From Armatimonadota bacterium (GTDB lineage: Bacteria; Armatimonadota; UBA5829; DTLH01), in contig JBDKSP010000090.1 in NCBI GenBank assembly GCA_039680575.1, forward strand, positions 1 to 17,621: a DNA stretch of 17,621 nt. The letters run 5' to 3'. This document shows positions 6,680 through 16,553 of the stretch, one piece after another; the first letter of the stretch is position 1; every line of letters starts with the position of its first letter. The notes below the pieces were generated by a model, which saw nothing but the letters and a program-made list of their open reading frames with translations, ran no database searches and had not been told where the DNA came from. The translations under genes and the position numbers were made by a program.

Positions 6680-7714
6680 CTACTCGTCGGCAAACGGGTT
6701 GTAGTCCGGTTCCAGCAGTTCGTCTATGCTCTGAGCATCAGCAGATGGGTTCATTATCTCGGATGGCAGGCCTTTGAGCAGTGGCCGGTCGAATACCCAG
6801 TTCCTCTCCGTCCAGAGGTCGGATTCGCTTGCAGGAGCATCCTTACCCACAGCCTGCCTGAAGGTGTTAACCTTCGCGTCGAGGTCTTCCAAAACATGGA
6901 GGATAATAGCCTCAATGACTTTAGGCCGCTTTGCGGCTCCCCATTCTTTCTCTCCGTGATGAGAGAGTATAATGTGGACCATCACAGACTTGAGAAGCGG
7001 ATGGAAACCCTCGATTGTGTCGGCGGCTTCCTTTACCATCTGAGCGCCAATTACGACATGGCCGATCAGATGCCCGTTGTCGGAGTATCTTATCGACTTG
7101 TCCCAGCAGAACTCTTCCACCTTGCCGATGTCGTGCAGCACGGCTCCCGTTATAAGCAGGTCACGGTCCACGCCAGGGAAATGCGACGCTCCGAACTCAC
7201 ACAGCTTTGCGGCGGAGAGAGTATGCTCCAGCAGCCCGCCTATATAGGCATGGTGGATCTTTTGTGCAGCAGGCGCTGTAGAGAACCTGGATAGAAACTC
7301 CTGGTCTTTGAAGAAGTGGTCCAGAAGCGCTTTCAACTGCGGATGCTCGACCGAATCGATGATCTTTTTAAACTCTGCGAGCATCTCATCGATGTCTTTT
7401 TCCGAGCGGGGCAGAAAATCGGTCGGATCGATGCGGTCGTTATATGGACGGAAGGTATCGACCTTGATCTGCAGTCTGCCGTTATATGTGGTGACGATGC
7501 CCCGGACTCGAATGAATTCGTCACTCGATATTGCATCGCATGCTGCTTCGCTCGCATCCCACTTTATGGCATCGATGGTCCCGGTACGGTCGCCCAGCCT
7601 CATGCGTACAAACGGCGATCCATCCTGCGTGTAACCGAGTGATTTATTGTGTATAAGGAAAATGTCGTCGATCCGTGAGCCGTCGCACAGCCCGGACACA
7701 TAGTAGTTCTTCAT
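6680..7714 (-). CDS. yhaM: 3'-5' exoribonuclease YhaM/Cbf1 family (OB fold + HD domain)
   Basis: OB fold (LGDRTGTIDA..W, G.V..YNGRLQ); PAA..IHHAYIGGLLEHT, LHDIGK, GHLIGH, ILSHHG. Start moved to ATG 7714 (GGAG upstream) because ATG 7738 sits inside the -10 box. Confidence 0.9.
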   Translation of the reverse strand: MKNYYVSGLCDGSRIDDIFLIHNKSLGYTQDGSPFVRMRLGDRTGTIDAIKWDASEAACDAISSDEFIRVRGIVTTYNGRLQIKVDTFRPYNDRIDPTDFLPRSEKDIDEMLAEFKKIIDSVEHPQLKALLDHFFKDQEFLSRFSTAPAAQKIHHAYIGGLLEHTLSAAKLCEFGASHFPGVDRDLLITGAVLHDIGKVEEFCWDKSIRYSDNGHLIGHVVIGAQMVKEAADTIEGFHPLLKSVMVHIILSHHGEKEWGAAKRPKVIEAIILHVLEDLDAKVNTFRQAVGKDAPASESDLWTERNWVFDRPLLKGLPSEIMNPSADAQSIDELLEPDYNPFADE

Positions 7715-7733
7715 GCGCTCTTTCTCCAAAAGA

Positions 7734-7763
7734 ATCATACTCGTAGGAGGCAGGCGCTGTCAA
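7734..7763 (-). promoter_or_regulatory. Sigma70-type promoter of yhaM
   Basis: Minus strand TTGACA-18 nt-TATGAT. Confidence 0.7.
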
Positions 7764-7972
7764 CGGGCTACTCTTTGGAAAGTCTCTTTAGGGAGTTCTC
7801 TTTTAGTTCTAACTCATGATATACTATATAAATAAACGCCCGCCTGTAGTCAATAGATCAGTCAGTAGGTTGATGGTTCGCTTGCTTATCCTCCAGGCGT
7901 GCCATTTTATCGCATACTTGCTCATTCCAGCAGTAAGTTTGGCTAAAAATACAACTTATTGAGGGGGATAAC

Positions 7973-8947
7973 TTGAATAAGCGGATCAGCTGGATTGACT
8001 ATGCAAAAGGCATCGGCATTATTTTAGTAGTATACGGTCACGTACTCCAGGGATTGTGCAAAGTCGGCCTTGACATTTCACCCAAGATATTCAGCTTTTC
8101 AAATTCACTGGTATATGGGTTTCACATGCCGTTATTTTTCCTCCTTTCCGGCATGTTTGCAGAAAGCTGGCTCGCCAAATACAAAACCTCAAGCGCAATT
8201 AAGGCTAAAGTATTCTCAATATTATGGCCGTACCTCGTCTGGTCACTTGTGCAGGGTGCTGTCAGTGTCGGGGTATCCGATTATACAAACTACCCAATGA
8301 CGTGGCCCACAGTTCTCAAAAGAATCCCTTTATCCCCATTCCTGCAGTTTTGGTTTCTGTATGTTTTGTTTATACAGCACATGCTTTATCTTGTACTGCG
8401 CCGTTATCTGAACCCAAAAGCAATTGCGATTGTCTCACTGGCCTTGTACATCGTATGTCCTTGGCTCAATTTTTGGGTTACAGAGCGGGTGTTCAGGTTC
8501 TTTATCTACTTCTGCCTTGGAGCGCTTATAAACCGCAACAGCATAGAGAGCGTCCTGAGCAAGTTTGACAACAAGTGGGGTTTTTCCGCAGCGATATTGG
8601 GGTTTGCCGGGATTAACGCTTTGTATCTTTCAGGGAAGGTAGATTTTCCACAGTTTAGCGTGATCATTGCCCTTGCGGGGGTTATCCTGACTATTTTAGT
8701 GTCGCACAGACTGGCGCAGTCATCGATACTGCAATGGCTCCGGGTAGTGGGAACACTATCAATGCCGATTTATCTGCTGCACGTAATGAGTGGTGCGGCA
8801 GCAAGGATAATTCTTCTGTACTGTTTTAAAGTCCGTGATGTCTATATTCACGCGATCCTCGGATGCGCTACCGGTGTAATTCTACCTGTGCTGTTCTACA
8901 AAGCTATGACGAAGATTAAAGCCAACACCCTGCTTTTCGGAAGATGA
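7973..8947 (+). CDS. Acyltransferase family 3 membrane protein (polysaccharide O-acyltransferase-like)
   Basis: RISWIDYAKGIGIILVVYGH, FHMPLFFLLSG, WFLYVLF, SMPIYLLH; many hydrophobic segments; GAGGGG Shine-Dalgarno before the TTG start. Confidence 0.92.
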   Translation: MNKRISWIDYAKGIGIILVVYGHVLQGLCKVGLDISPKIFSFSNSLVYGFHMPLFFLLSGMFAESWLAKYKTSSAIKAKVFSILWPYLVWSLVQGAVSVGVSDYTNYPMTWPTVLKRIPLSPFLQFWFLYVLFIQHMLYLVLRRYLNPKAIAIVSLALYIVCPWLNFWVTERVFRFFIYFCLGALINRNSIESVLSKFDNKWGFSAAILGFAGINALYLSGKVDFPQFSVIIALAGVILTILVSHRLAQSSILQWLRVVGTLSMPIYLLHVMSGAAARIILLYCFKVRDVYIHAILGCATGVILPVLFYKAMTKIKANTLLFGR

Positions 8948-8962
8948 TAACAGAAAGATTTT

Positions 8963-9775
8963 TCAGTTATTATCTCTCTGCCTTGCGGCTTCGTAAGCCA
9001 TAATCGCAGAGGATACGGCGATGTTGAGCGACTCCATCTTCCCAGCCATCGGTATTTGGATGAACCAGTCGGCTATGTCACGGATCGATTGCCGGACGCC
9101 AGTGTGTTCGTTCCCCACGATCAAGACACGGGAACCGGTGAAATCGGTAGCCCAGATGTTTTTTGTGGCATGGGCAGACGACGCAACCACTTTGAACCCT
9201 TCCTCCTGTGCCTGCGCCAGCCAGTTTTCAGGTTCGGAGACTATAGCGAGCCTCAGGCTGAGGACGGAGCCCCGAGAAGCCCTTACGCACAGCCTGGAGA
9301 ACGGGTCGACGCTGTCTGATGTGATGGCAACGCCGTCTACCCCGGCTGCATCGAGAGATCTGAGAAGCATCCCCAGGTTATCCGGGTTTTCGCACCTGTC
9401 TATGAGCATCAAAAGCGGGTTTTCACCGTCCAGCAGCTCAGAAGGTTTGTACAAACGCCGTTCGACGACCGCGACGACACCCGGAGCGGGCTTGGCTGGC
9501 ACGATTTTTGTCATGAGCCCTTCGGTGACGGAATAAATGTTCACTCCAGACTGTTCTGATGCGATTTGGATACTTTGACACTCGGCTGAGGACAGAAATT
9601 TGTCTGTGAATACGATACACCGAACGCCGGGACCGTATTCCAGAGCGCGGCTCACGAGCATAGCGCCTTCTACGTGGAACGCGCCGGTCTCGGCGCGTGA
9701 TCTCTCGGTCTGCAGATCACGAAGCATCTGAATGACCTGATGCTTCTGGCTGTCTATTCGTTCGATATCCATCAT
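8963..9775 (-). CDS. TrmH/SpoU-family RNA 2'-O-methyltransferase
   Basis: VEG, NPDNLGMLLRS, RASRG, VGNEHTG, IPMAGKMESLNIAVS SPOUT motifs. Confidence 0.92.
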   Translation of the reverse strand: MMDIERIDSQKHQVIQMLRDLQTERSRAETGAFHVEGAMLVSRALEYGPGVRCIVFTDKFLSSAECQSIQIASEQSGVNIYSVTEGLMTKIVPAKPAPGVVAVVERRLYKPSELLDGENPLLMLIDRCENPDNLGMLLRSLDAAGVDGVAITSDSVDPFSRLCVRASRGSVLSLRLAIVSEPENWLAQAQEEGFKVVASSAHATKNIWATDFTGSRVLIVGNEHTGVRQSIRDIADWFIQIPMAGKMESLNIAVSSAIMAYEAARQRDNN

Positions 9776-9790
9776 TTACTCTACATATAG

Positions 9791-9820
9791 CAAAAGCCGC
9801 CCGATAACGGACGGCTTTTG
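9791..9820 (-). terminator. Intrinsic terminator downstream of tRNA-Ala (potentially bidirectional)
   Basis: Minus strand CAAAAGCCGTCCG-TTAT-CGGGCGGCTTTTG. Confidence 0.8.
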
Positions 9821-9827
9821 TCGATTC

Positions 9828-9903
9828 TGGTGGAGCCAAGGGGATTCGAACCCCTGACCTATTGGCTGCCAGCCAACCGCTCTCCCAGCTGAGCTATGGC
9901 CCC
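9828..9903 (-). tRNA. tRNA-Ala(GGC)
   Basis: GGGGCCATAGCTCAGCTGGGAGAGCGGTTGGCTGGCAGCCAATAGGTCAGGGGTTCGAATCCCCTTGGCTCCACCA: 76 nt, anticodon GGC, G3:U70 Ala identity pair, TTCGAA T-loop, encoded CCA. Confidence 0.98.
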
Positions 9904-9917
9904 TCGAAGACACTAAT

Positions 9918-9946
9918 AATATACCATCGGTCGGAAATTACGTCAA
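9918..9946 (-). promoter_or_regulatory. Sigma70-type promoter of tRNA-Ala
   Basis: Minus strand TTGACG-17 nt-TATATT with a TG extension. Confidence 0.8.
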
Positions 9947-9950
9947 GCGT

Positions 9951-10169
9951 TTATGAGCGTAAAAAAGAGTCAGCTTTCATGCTGCAGCTGAATTTAATCC
10001 TAAAAACATCCGACAGCCTAAATCTCAATAAGGGTTCACTCTTACTGAGAGATTGTACATCAACTCGAACAACCAACACATCATCATGGAAGGACGTCAC
10101 CCTGAAACTCTCCAATGTTATACTCATCAACTCTGAACTCTTATAAATATCCATCCATTTGAAATTCAT
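9951..10169 (-). CDS. Small hypothetical protein or gene remnant (72 aa)
   Basis: AGGTGAT Shine-Dalgarno 6 nt before the ATG; fills an otherwise empty AT-rich gap; no recognisable motif. Confidence 0.35.
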   Translation of the reverse strand: MNFKWMDIYKSSELMSITLESFRVTSFHDDVLVVRVDVQSLSKSEPLLRFRLSDVFRIKFSCSMKADSFLRS

Positions 10170-10247
10170 GCTATAATCACCTGCTTTTTGGCAACCTTAC
10201 GCTCAGTTTCCGATAAACCGTATATTTTCTTGGTAATGATATACGTA

Positions 10248-10264
10248 TTGGCATATATAATGCA
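10248..10264 (+). promoter_or_regulatory. Putative sigma-54 (-24/-12) promoter of the PEP-CTERM gene
   Basis: TTGGCATATATAATGCA: GG-N10-GC, close to the consensus YTGGCAC-N5-TTGCW. Confidence 0.6.
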
Positions 10265-10347
10265 GAGATTAGTTGCACCGAGCAACCTGGAACCGATGGG
10301 CTGGCTGCTCGAGCAATATAATAAAAACGAGAAGGGAGGGAAAATTA

Positions 10348-11037
10348 GTGAAAACAAGACTGATGATATATATGGTGATAGCGTTGCTGGCAATCTCTGT
10401 CGCGGCTCAGGCAGCGATCACACTTTACACTCCGGCTGCGGGAGATGCCACATATTCATGGAACAGCAAATACGCCGATACCAGCTATGGTGTGGGCGAA
10501 AACGCTATGGGCATCGGTCTGAATAATGGCGGCTTTTATGGTAATGACTACACAGTGTCGATTTTCGAAATTCCCGTTATCGGACTTACCGGCAAGACCT
10601 TGACCAGTGCGACACTCTTGGTGGATTCGCTCGGGTTTAACACAGGTTACTATTATGGTTCAGCATCTATCGGTTGGCTAGATACCGGAACAGCTACACT
10701 TACCGGCGATGTGGTAGCAGATAAGCTGGGGCCTGTCAGCACGAGTCGGCCCGGTGGATTTACAATCTATGACAGTGGCTCCGTCGATACACCAGGTCTT
10801 AAGTCGTTCGATGTCCTGACCTGTGTCCAAGCGGACTTAACCGCTGGCCGAACGTTTTCGACATTCGTCATGTCCGGTTCGAGAGACACCTATGGTTCGA
10901 TCTGCACCGCCGAGAGCGGCTCAGGTCCACGGATTGTTGCCGACGTCGCTGGTAATAACGTACCCGAGCCAACGACAATCACAGTGCTGGGCGCAGGCTT
11001 GGCGAGTCTACTGTTCAGGAGAAGGCGCGAGGGATAA
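10348..11037 (+). CDS. Secreted PEP-CTERM sorting-domain protein
   Basis: GGAGG Shine-Dalgarno before GTG 10348; signal peptide ending AQA; C-terminal VPEP + hydrophobic helix + RRRR. Confidence 0.92.
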   Translation: MKTRLMIYMVIALLAISVAAQAAITLYTPAAGDATYSWNSKYADTSYGVGENAMGIGLNNGGFYGNDYTVSIFEIPVIGLTGKTLTSATLLVDSLGFNTGYYYGSASIGWLDTGTATLTGDVVADKLGPVSTSRPGGFTIYDSGSVDTPGLKSFDVLTCVQADLTAGRTFSTFVMSGSRDTYGSICTAESGSGPRIVADVAGNNVPEPTTITVLGAGLASLLFRRRREG

Positions 11038-11059
11038 TCACAGACCTTTAGCCCATTCC

Positions 11060-11087
11060 ACCCGCCATAGCTTTCGCTATGGCGGGT
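11060..11087. terminator. Strong hairpin between convergent genes
   Basis: 12-bp perfect stem ACCCGCCATAGC-TTTC-GCTATGGCGGGT; weak U-tract. Confidence 0.6.
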
Positions 11088-11169
11088 TGGATGGTTGATT
11101 AAGGCAATCGGCAGGTTCGGTGCAAAGGACACGCACTAAAAGCAGACGCCTTCACCTACAGAAGAGCCT

Positions 11170-11847
11170 CTATGGCTTCTTCTCTGAATCCGACAGCTTG
11201 GCTGATGTGATGACCGCGTCTATCACGCTGTAGATATAGAGAAACACCATTATGCCGGTGAAAATGATTACCAGTGAGCCTAGGGGCGGCGGTTTCACGG
11301 CTGATCCCGACGGGTTGAGCCACACGCCGACGTTCCTGAGCAGGTTTCCCGTGTCCGGCGAGACAGAGAGGATCAGGACAGAAAACAAAAACACGCCAAG
11401 GATTATAAGCCCCTTTATCCTCTCGCCGTTATACAGCTGCCCCAGCCCCGGAACCACCGCAGACAGCAGAAACGCAGCGAGCGGGTGCTGCGGCGGGTTC
11501 GAATACTTGCCTGGGTTCTCTATCATATCGCGGGCGAGTTTTTTCTCATACTCGTTCTCGCCCTTCTCAAGCATCACTTTGGCGTACTTGGTCTCAGCAG
11601 ACGCGCAACCGGGGTTGGCTTCCATGATGTTCTTATATTCCTCGGCTGCCGATTCCAACTGCCCGCGCCCGTAAAGCATATCCGCCATCATCTCATGCAC
11701 GTCCACGCGGGACTCATCGAGCGAGAGCACTTCTTTCAGCACATCTTCGGCCTCGATATACTCGCCCCTCATCCGGTGGACGTTCGCGCGCGAGAGCAGC
11801 CGGTCTATCTCCGCTTTACGCTTGATATCTTCAGAGTCTGTTGACAT
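11170..11847 (-). CDS. TPR-repeat membrane protein with a C-terminal TM2/DUF5683-like segment
   Basis: TPR-like helices (RGEYIEAEDVLKEVL, RGQLESAAEEYKNIM); PLAAFLLSAVVPGLGQLYNG..KG followed by transmembrane helices; start placed at ATG 11847, just after the rsfS stop. Confidence 0.8.
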   Translation of the reverse strand: MSTDSEDIKRKAEIDRLLSRANVHRMRGEYIEAEDVLKEVLSLDESRVDVHEMMADMLYGRGQLESAAEEYKNIMEANPGCASAETKYAKVMLEKGENEYEKKLARDMIENPGKYSNPPQHPLAAFLLSAVVPGLGQLYNGERIKGLIILGVFLFSVLILSVSPDTGNLLRNVGVWLNPSGSAVKPPPLGSLVIIFTGIMVFLYIYSVIDAVITSAKLSDSEKKP

Positions 11848-11852
11848 AGGTT

Positions 11853-12206
11853 TTATTTTGCGGCCAGCCGCTCCTCCGTAGCCCGCCACAGGGACTCGAG
11901 GTCGTAGAAATCCCTCTCCTCCGGCGCGAATACGTGAAGCACAACATCTCCGTAATCGACAAGCACCCATTTAGCTTCGCTGTAGCCTTCGACACGGTCA
12001 GCACGCTGGCCTTGCTCCTTCATTCTTTCCAGTGTCTTATCGACAATCGCTCTGATATGCACGTTGGACGTGCCGCTTGCCAGTACAAAATAATCTGCGA
12101 TGATCGTCCTGTCCCGCAGGTCGATTACTTCGACGTTTTCCGCTTTCTGGTCGACAACTGCGTTTCGGACTATCTCAAGCCTCTTATCGGTTTCTAAATT
12201 GGTCAT
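11853..12206 (-). CDS. rsfS: Ribosome silencing factor RsfS (Iojap)
   Basis: KAENV, ADYFVLASG, WVLVDYGDVVLHVF, RDFYDLESLW. Confidence 0.96.
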   Translation of the reverse strand: MTNLETDKRLEIVRNAVVDQKAENVEVIDLRDRTIIADYFVLASGTSNVHIRAIVDKTLERMKEQGQRADRVEGYSEAKWVLVDYGDVVLHVFAPEERDFYDLESLWRATEERLAAK

Positions 12207-12229
12207 ATTCCTGTCTTATTATCTCTTTC

Positions 12230-13444
12230 TCACTGCTTGTAGTTTTTACCTATAATCACGGTAATATCGGCACTAGCAGATGTACTTTCTGAATCGGCAG
12301 CCGTTTTTACCTCTGCATTTCCTACCAGCGGGGCTATTTCCCTGGCTTTGTCCTCCATCCCGGCGCGAGCATTGATCTGAGAGCGTTCATAGTTGAAACC
12401 GCTTGCATTACCGGTCGATATTACCCTGTAACCCAGCGTCTGCAGTTGGTCCGCAACCTGCTTCGCAAGCCCTGCCGTACCGGAACCGTTCAGCACTTCC
12501 ACACTCGGAGCGAGGTTTCCGCCTCCCGGAAGCAGGAGCTTCGCTACCTGTTCCGATGTCTTTGCCGTGTCGATTACCCAATAGCTGGCGCCATCGATAT
12601 TCTGAGGCGCTCCCGCCGCCATCTCCATCTCCATTTTGTCCGGCGGAATATCGCGTGCAAGCTCAACAAGCGCCTTCAGGTCCTTCAGGTTCAGGTTAGT
12701 CTTTACATAACCCTTTTCGTAGATTTCGCCGACTACCGCAGGCGCATGCACGAGGTTCTTAGGTTCCAGCATGTGCCGGGCAATCGCCCGGAGAAACTTC
12801 TGCTGGCGCTGGATGCGCGTTATATCACCCAGCTTATCGTGCCTGAACCTGACGTATTGAAGCGCCTGGTCTCCGTTCAGGTGCCTGTAACCTTTTCTGA
12901 GGTTGATATAGAGTCCGCCTCGCCGGTCGGTGTAGTGCATGTTTTTCTCGACATCGATCCCCACACCTCCAAGCAAATCGACTATGTTCTTCAGCCCGGC
13001 AATATCCGTCTGCATATAGTAGTCGACCTTGACACCGAGCACACCCTGAACGGCATTAACCGCAAGCTCCGGTCCACCGATAGAATACGCTGCGTTGATC
13101 TTGCTGGTGCCATGACCAGGAATTTCTATCATGGTATCCCTGGGGACCGATAGCCCTCGAACGGTCTTTTTATCCATATCGACCGCAACTACGAGAATCG
13201 TGTCGGACAGACCCCGGCCTGTGGCACTGGATTTATGCGTATTGTCTTCGCCGAGCGCAAGAATCCTCACAAACCTCTGACCATTGAAAGGAGGCTTCAT
13301 CATCTGCGTCACGGTTGTATGCGCTGCACGAAGCATGAAATACGCCTTAACGCCCCCATATCCGATTGCAGCGCCAAGCACTATGGATATGATCCATGGC
13401 CAGATGCACTTTTTCTGTTTGCCATCAGCCGGTTTTTGCATCAC
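12230..13444 (-). CDS. LCP (LytR-CpsA-Psr) family protein with a C-terminal LytR_C domain
   Basis: N-terminal transmembrane helix; SDTI, SVPRDT, KINAAY, ALQYVRFRHD..GDITRIQRQQ; C-terminal VEVLNGSGTAGLA ... DITVIIGKNY. Confidence 0.93.
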   Translation of the reverse strand: MMQKPADGKQKKCIWPWIISIVLGAAIGYGGVKAYFMLRAAHTTVTQMMKPPFNGQRFVRILALGEDNTHKSSATGRGLSDTILVVAVDMDKKTVRGLSVPRDTMIEIPGHGTSKINAAYSIGGPELAVNAVQGVLGVKVDYYMQTDIAGLKNIVDLLGGVGIDVEKNMHYTDRRGGLYINLRKGYRHLNGDQALQYVRFRHDKLGDITRIQRQQKFLRAIARHMLEPKNLVHAPAVVGEIYEKGYVKTNLNLKDLKALVELARDIPPDKMEMEMAAGAPQNIDGASYWVIDTAKTSEQVAKLLLPGGGNLAPSVEVLNGSGTAGLAKQVADQLQTLGYRVISTGNASGFNYERSQINARAGMEDKAREIAPLVGNAEVKTAADSESTSASADITVIIGKNYKQ

Positions 13445-14106
13445 TTTTCCACCACGTACAACTTATTATCGGTTATATAATCCTCTACCGCTTTTGGAAC
13501 CATATATTTAATGGGCCTGCCGGAAGCAGCACGGTTTCTGAGATCAGTTGCCGAAACATTCACTCCCGGAGCATCCATGAAGGTTATGCGTTCCAAATAT
13601 TCCTCAGGTAGTTTCTTTTTTACATCAGAAAGGCGATACCCCGGCCTTGTCGTGGCGATGAACCTGCACATACATCTGAGCTTCTCAGGCTTGTACCACG
13701 TTAGAATTTCGAGAATCGCATCCGCGCCTATTATAAAGAATAGACGAGTATTATTGCCATAGATTTTCTTAAGCTCTGCGAGCGTATCGACCGCGTAGGA
13801 TGGACCGGACCTGTCGATCTCGATTCTGGAGACCTCGAATGCCGGGTTGTCTTCCGTCGCCAGCACGGTCATATCGAACCGGTGTTCCTTATCCGTGATA
13901 GGCCGGTCCGGCTTGTGAGGAGGCACACCTGCCGGAATAAAAATCACCCGGTCGAGCTGAAACTGATACCTGGCTTCCTCTGCGATGATCAGGTGCCCCA
14001 GGTGAATCGGGTCGAACGTCCCGCCTATAATACCTATACGCGCGCCGGAGCCCTGTTCCTCGCACTCACTAATCACCGGTTTTTGATTTTCAGTCCCCAT
14101 ACGCAT
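13441..14106 (-). CDS. nadD: Nicotinate-nucleotide adenylyltransferase
   Basis: GGTFDPIHLGH, PPHK, SYAVDTL, FIIGADA, VSATDLR, P..VEDYI...LY. Confidence 0.95.
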   Translation of the reverse strand: MRMGTENQKPVISECEEQGSGARIGIIGGTFDPIHLGHLIIAEEARYQFQLDRVIFIPAGVPPHKPDRPITDKEHRFDMTVLATEDNPAFEVSRIEIDRSGPSYAVDTLAELKKIYGNNTRLFFIIGADAILEILTWYKPEKLRCMCRFIATTRPGYRLSDVKKKLPEEYLERITFMDAPGVNVSATDLRNRAASGRPIKYMVPKAVEDYITDNKLYVVEK

Positions 14107-14165
14107 CTATATAGTAAGAAGAAACTAAACGCCAGTTTGTTCGAGGAAATCTGCACAATCTGCCC

Positions 14166-15550
<1,385 letters not shown>

Positions 15551-15560
15551 AGCTCAAAAG

Positions 15561-16553
15561 CTACTCTGCTGCTTTCGCCGGCTTCGGATCAGCTATAAAC
15601 CGGCCCATCTGCCTGAACTTTTTATATCGTTCATCGGCAAGCTCATCACCTGACATCGAGCTGAGCTCACCCAAATGCTTCAGTATCACGTTTTTGAGGT
15701 TTCTCGCAGTCACATCGACATTTCGATGCGCGCCTCCGAGCGGTTCAGGGACGATTTCGTCTATCACTTCCAGCTCAAGCGCATCCTGCGATGTGATTCT
15801 GAGCGCTTCCGCAGCTTCGATCTTCCGATTCGGGTCACGGAACAATATCGCGGCGCAGCCCTCCGGCGGGATGACCGAATAGACTGCGTTTTCGAGCATC
15901 AGAACCCTGTTTCCGATCGCTATTCCGAGCGCGCCGCCGCTTCCGCCCTCACCAAGCACCGCAACGATCACCGGGACCTTGAGCGTGGACATTTCCATAA
16001 GGTTTCTGGCTATCGCCTCGCTTATACCCCGTTCCTCTGCACCGACGCTGCAGTCCGCAGCAGGAGTGTCCACCAGACAGATGATCGGACGGCCGAATTT
16101 CTCAGCCAGTCTCATCAGCCTCATCGCTTTTCGATAGCCTTCCGGCTTCGCGCTCCCGAAATTTCTATACTGCCGGTCTTTCAGGTCCCGGCCTTTCTGC
16201 TGGCCGACAAACACAACCTGATACTTGCCTATCGCACCGATCCCACCGAGCATGGCCTTATCGTCTGAAAAAAGCCTGTCCCCGTGGAGTTCGAGGTAAT
16301 CGTCGAATATAAGGCGGATAAAATCCATCGCATAAGGGCGCTTCGGATGCCGGGCGAGGAGTGTCTTGTCCCAGGGAGCCAGCTTGGAGAAGACCTGCTT
16401 CATCAACCGGTCTCTGTGCTTCTCCAGCGCGGCTATCTCCTCGGACCGGTCCTGTCCCTCTTCAGCAGTAAGGCGTTTAATCTCTTCGATCTGCTCTTCA
16501 AGCTCAAGAATCGGTTTTTCGAAGTCGAGTACATTCAACTGGTTAAGCGACAT
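15561..16553 (-). CDS. accA: Acetyl-CoA carboxylase carboxyltransferase alpha subunit
   Basis: [60 protein letters not shown] Shine-Dalgarno 6 nt before ATG 16553. Confidence 0.97.
   Translation of the reverse strand: MSLNQLNVLDFEKPILELEEQIEEIKRLTAEEGQDRSEEIAALEKHRDRLMKQVFSKLAPWDKTLLARHPKRPYAMDFIRLIFDDYLELHGDRLFSDDKAMLGGIGAIGKYQVVFVGQQKGRDLKDRQYRNFGSAKPEGYRKAMRLMRLAEKFGRPIICLVDTPAADCSVGAEERGISEAIARNLMEMSTLKVPVIVAVLGEGGSGGALGIAIGNRVLMLENAVYSVIPPEGCAAILFRDPNRKIEAAEALRITSQDALELEVIDEIVPEPLGGAHRNVDVTARNLKNVILKHLGELSSMSGDELADERYKKFRQMGRFIADPKPAKAAE

Noticed and set aside
6638..7294. 218-aa plus-strand ORF
   Set aside because: Antisense shadow of yhaM, with no motifs or Shine-Dalgarno.
9828..9870. 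tRNA-Ala 3' end as an island attachment site
   Set aside because: No duplicate of the tRNA 3' end and no integrase found in the window; the native terminator follows directly.
9862..10146. 94-aa plus-strand ORF
   Set aside because: Begins antisense within the tRNA and crosses its promoter; no coding signals.
10273..10347. N-terminal extension of the PEP-CTERM ORF and the overlapping ORF 10188-10526
   Set aside because: The Shine-Dalgarno and signal peptide indicate a start at GTG 10348; the overlapping frame has no support.
11848..11970. 41-aa N-terminal extension of the TPR ORF
   Set aside because: Overlaps rsfS in another frame; ATG 11847 just after the rsfS stop is more plausible.
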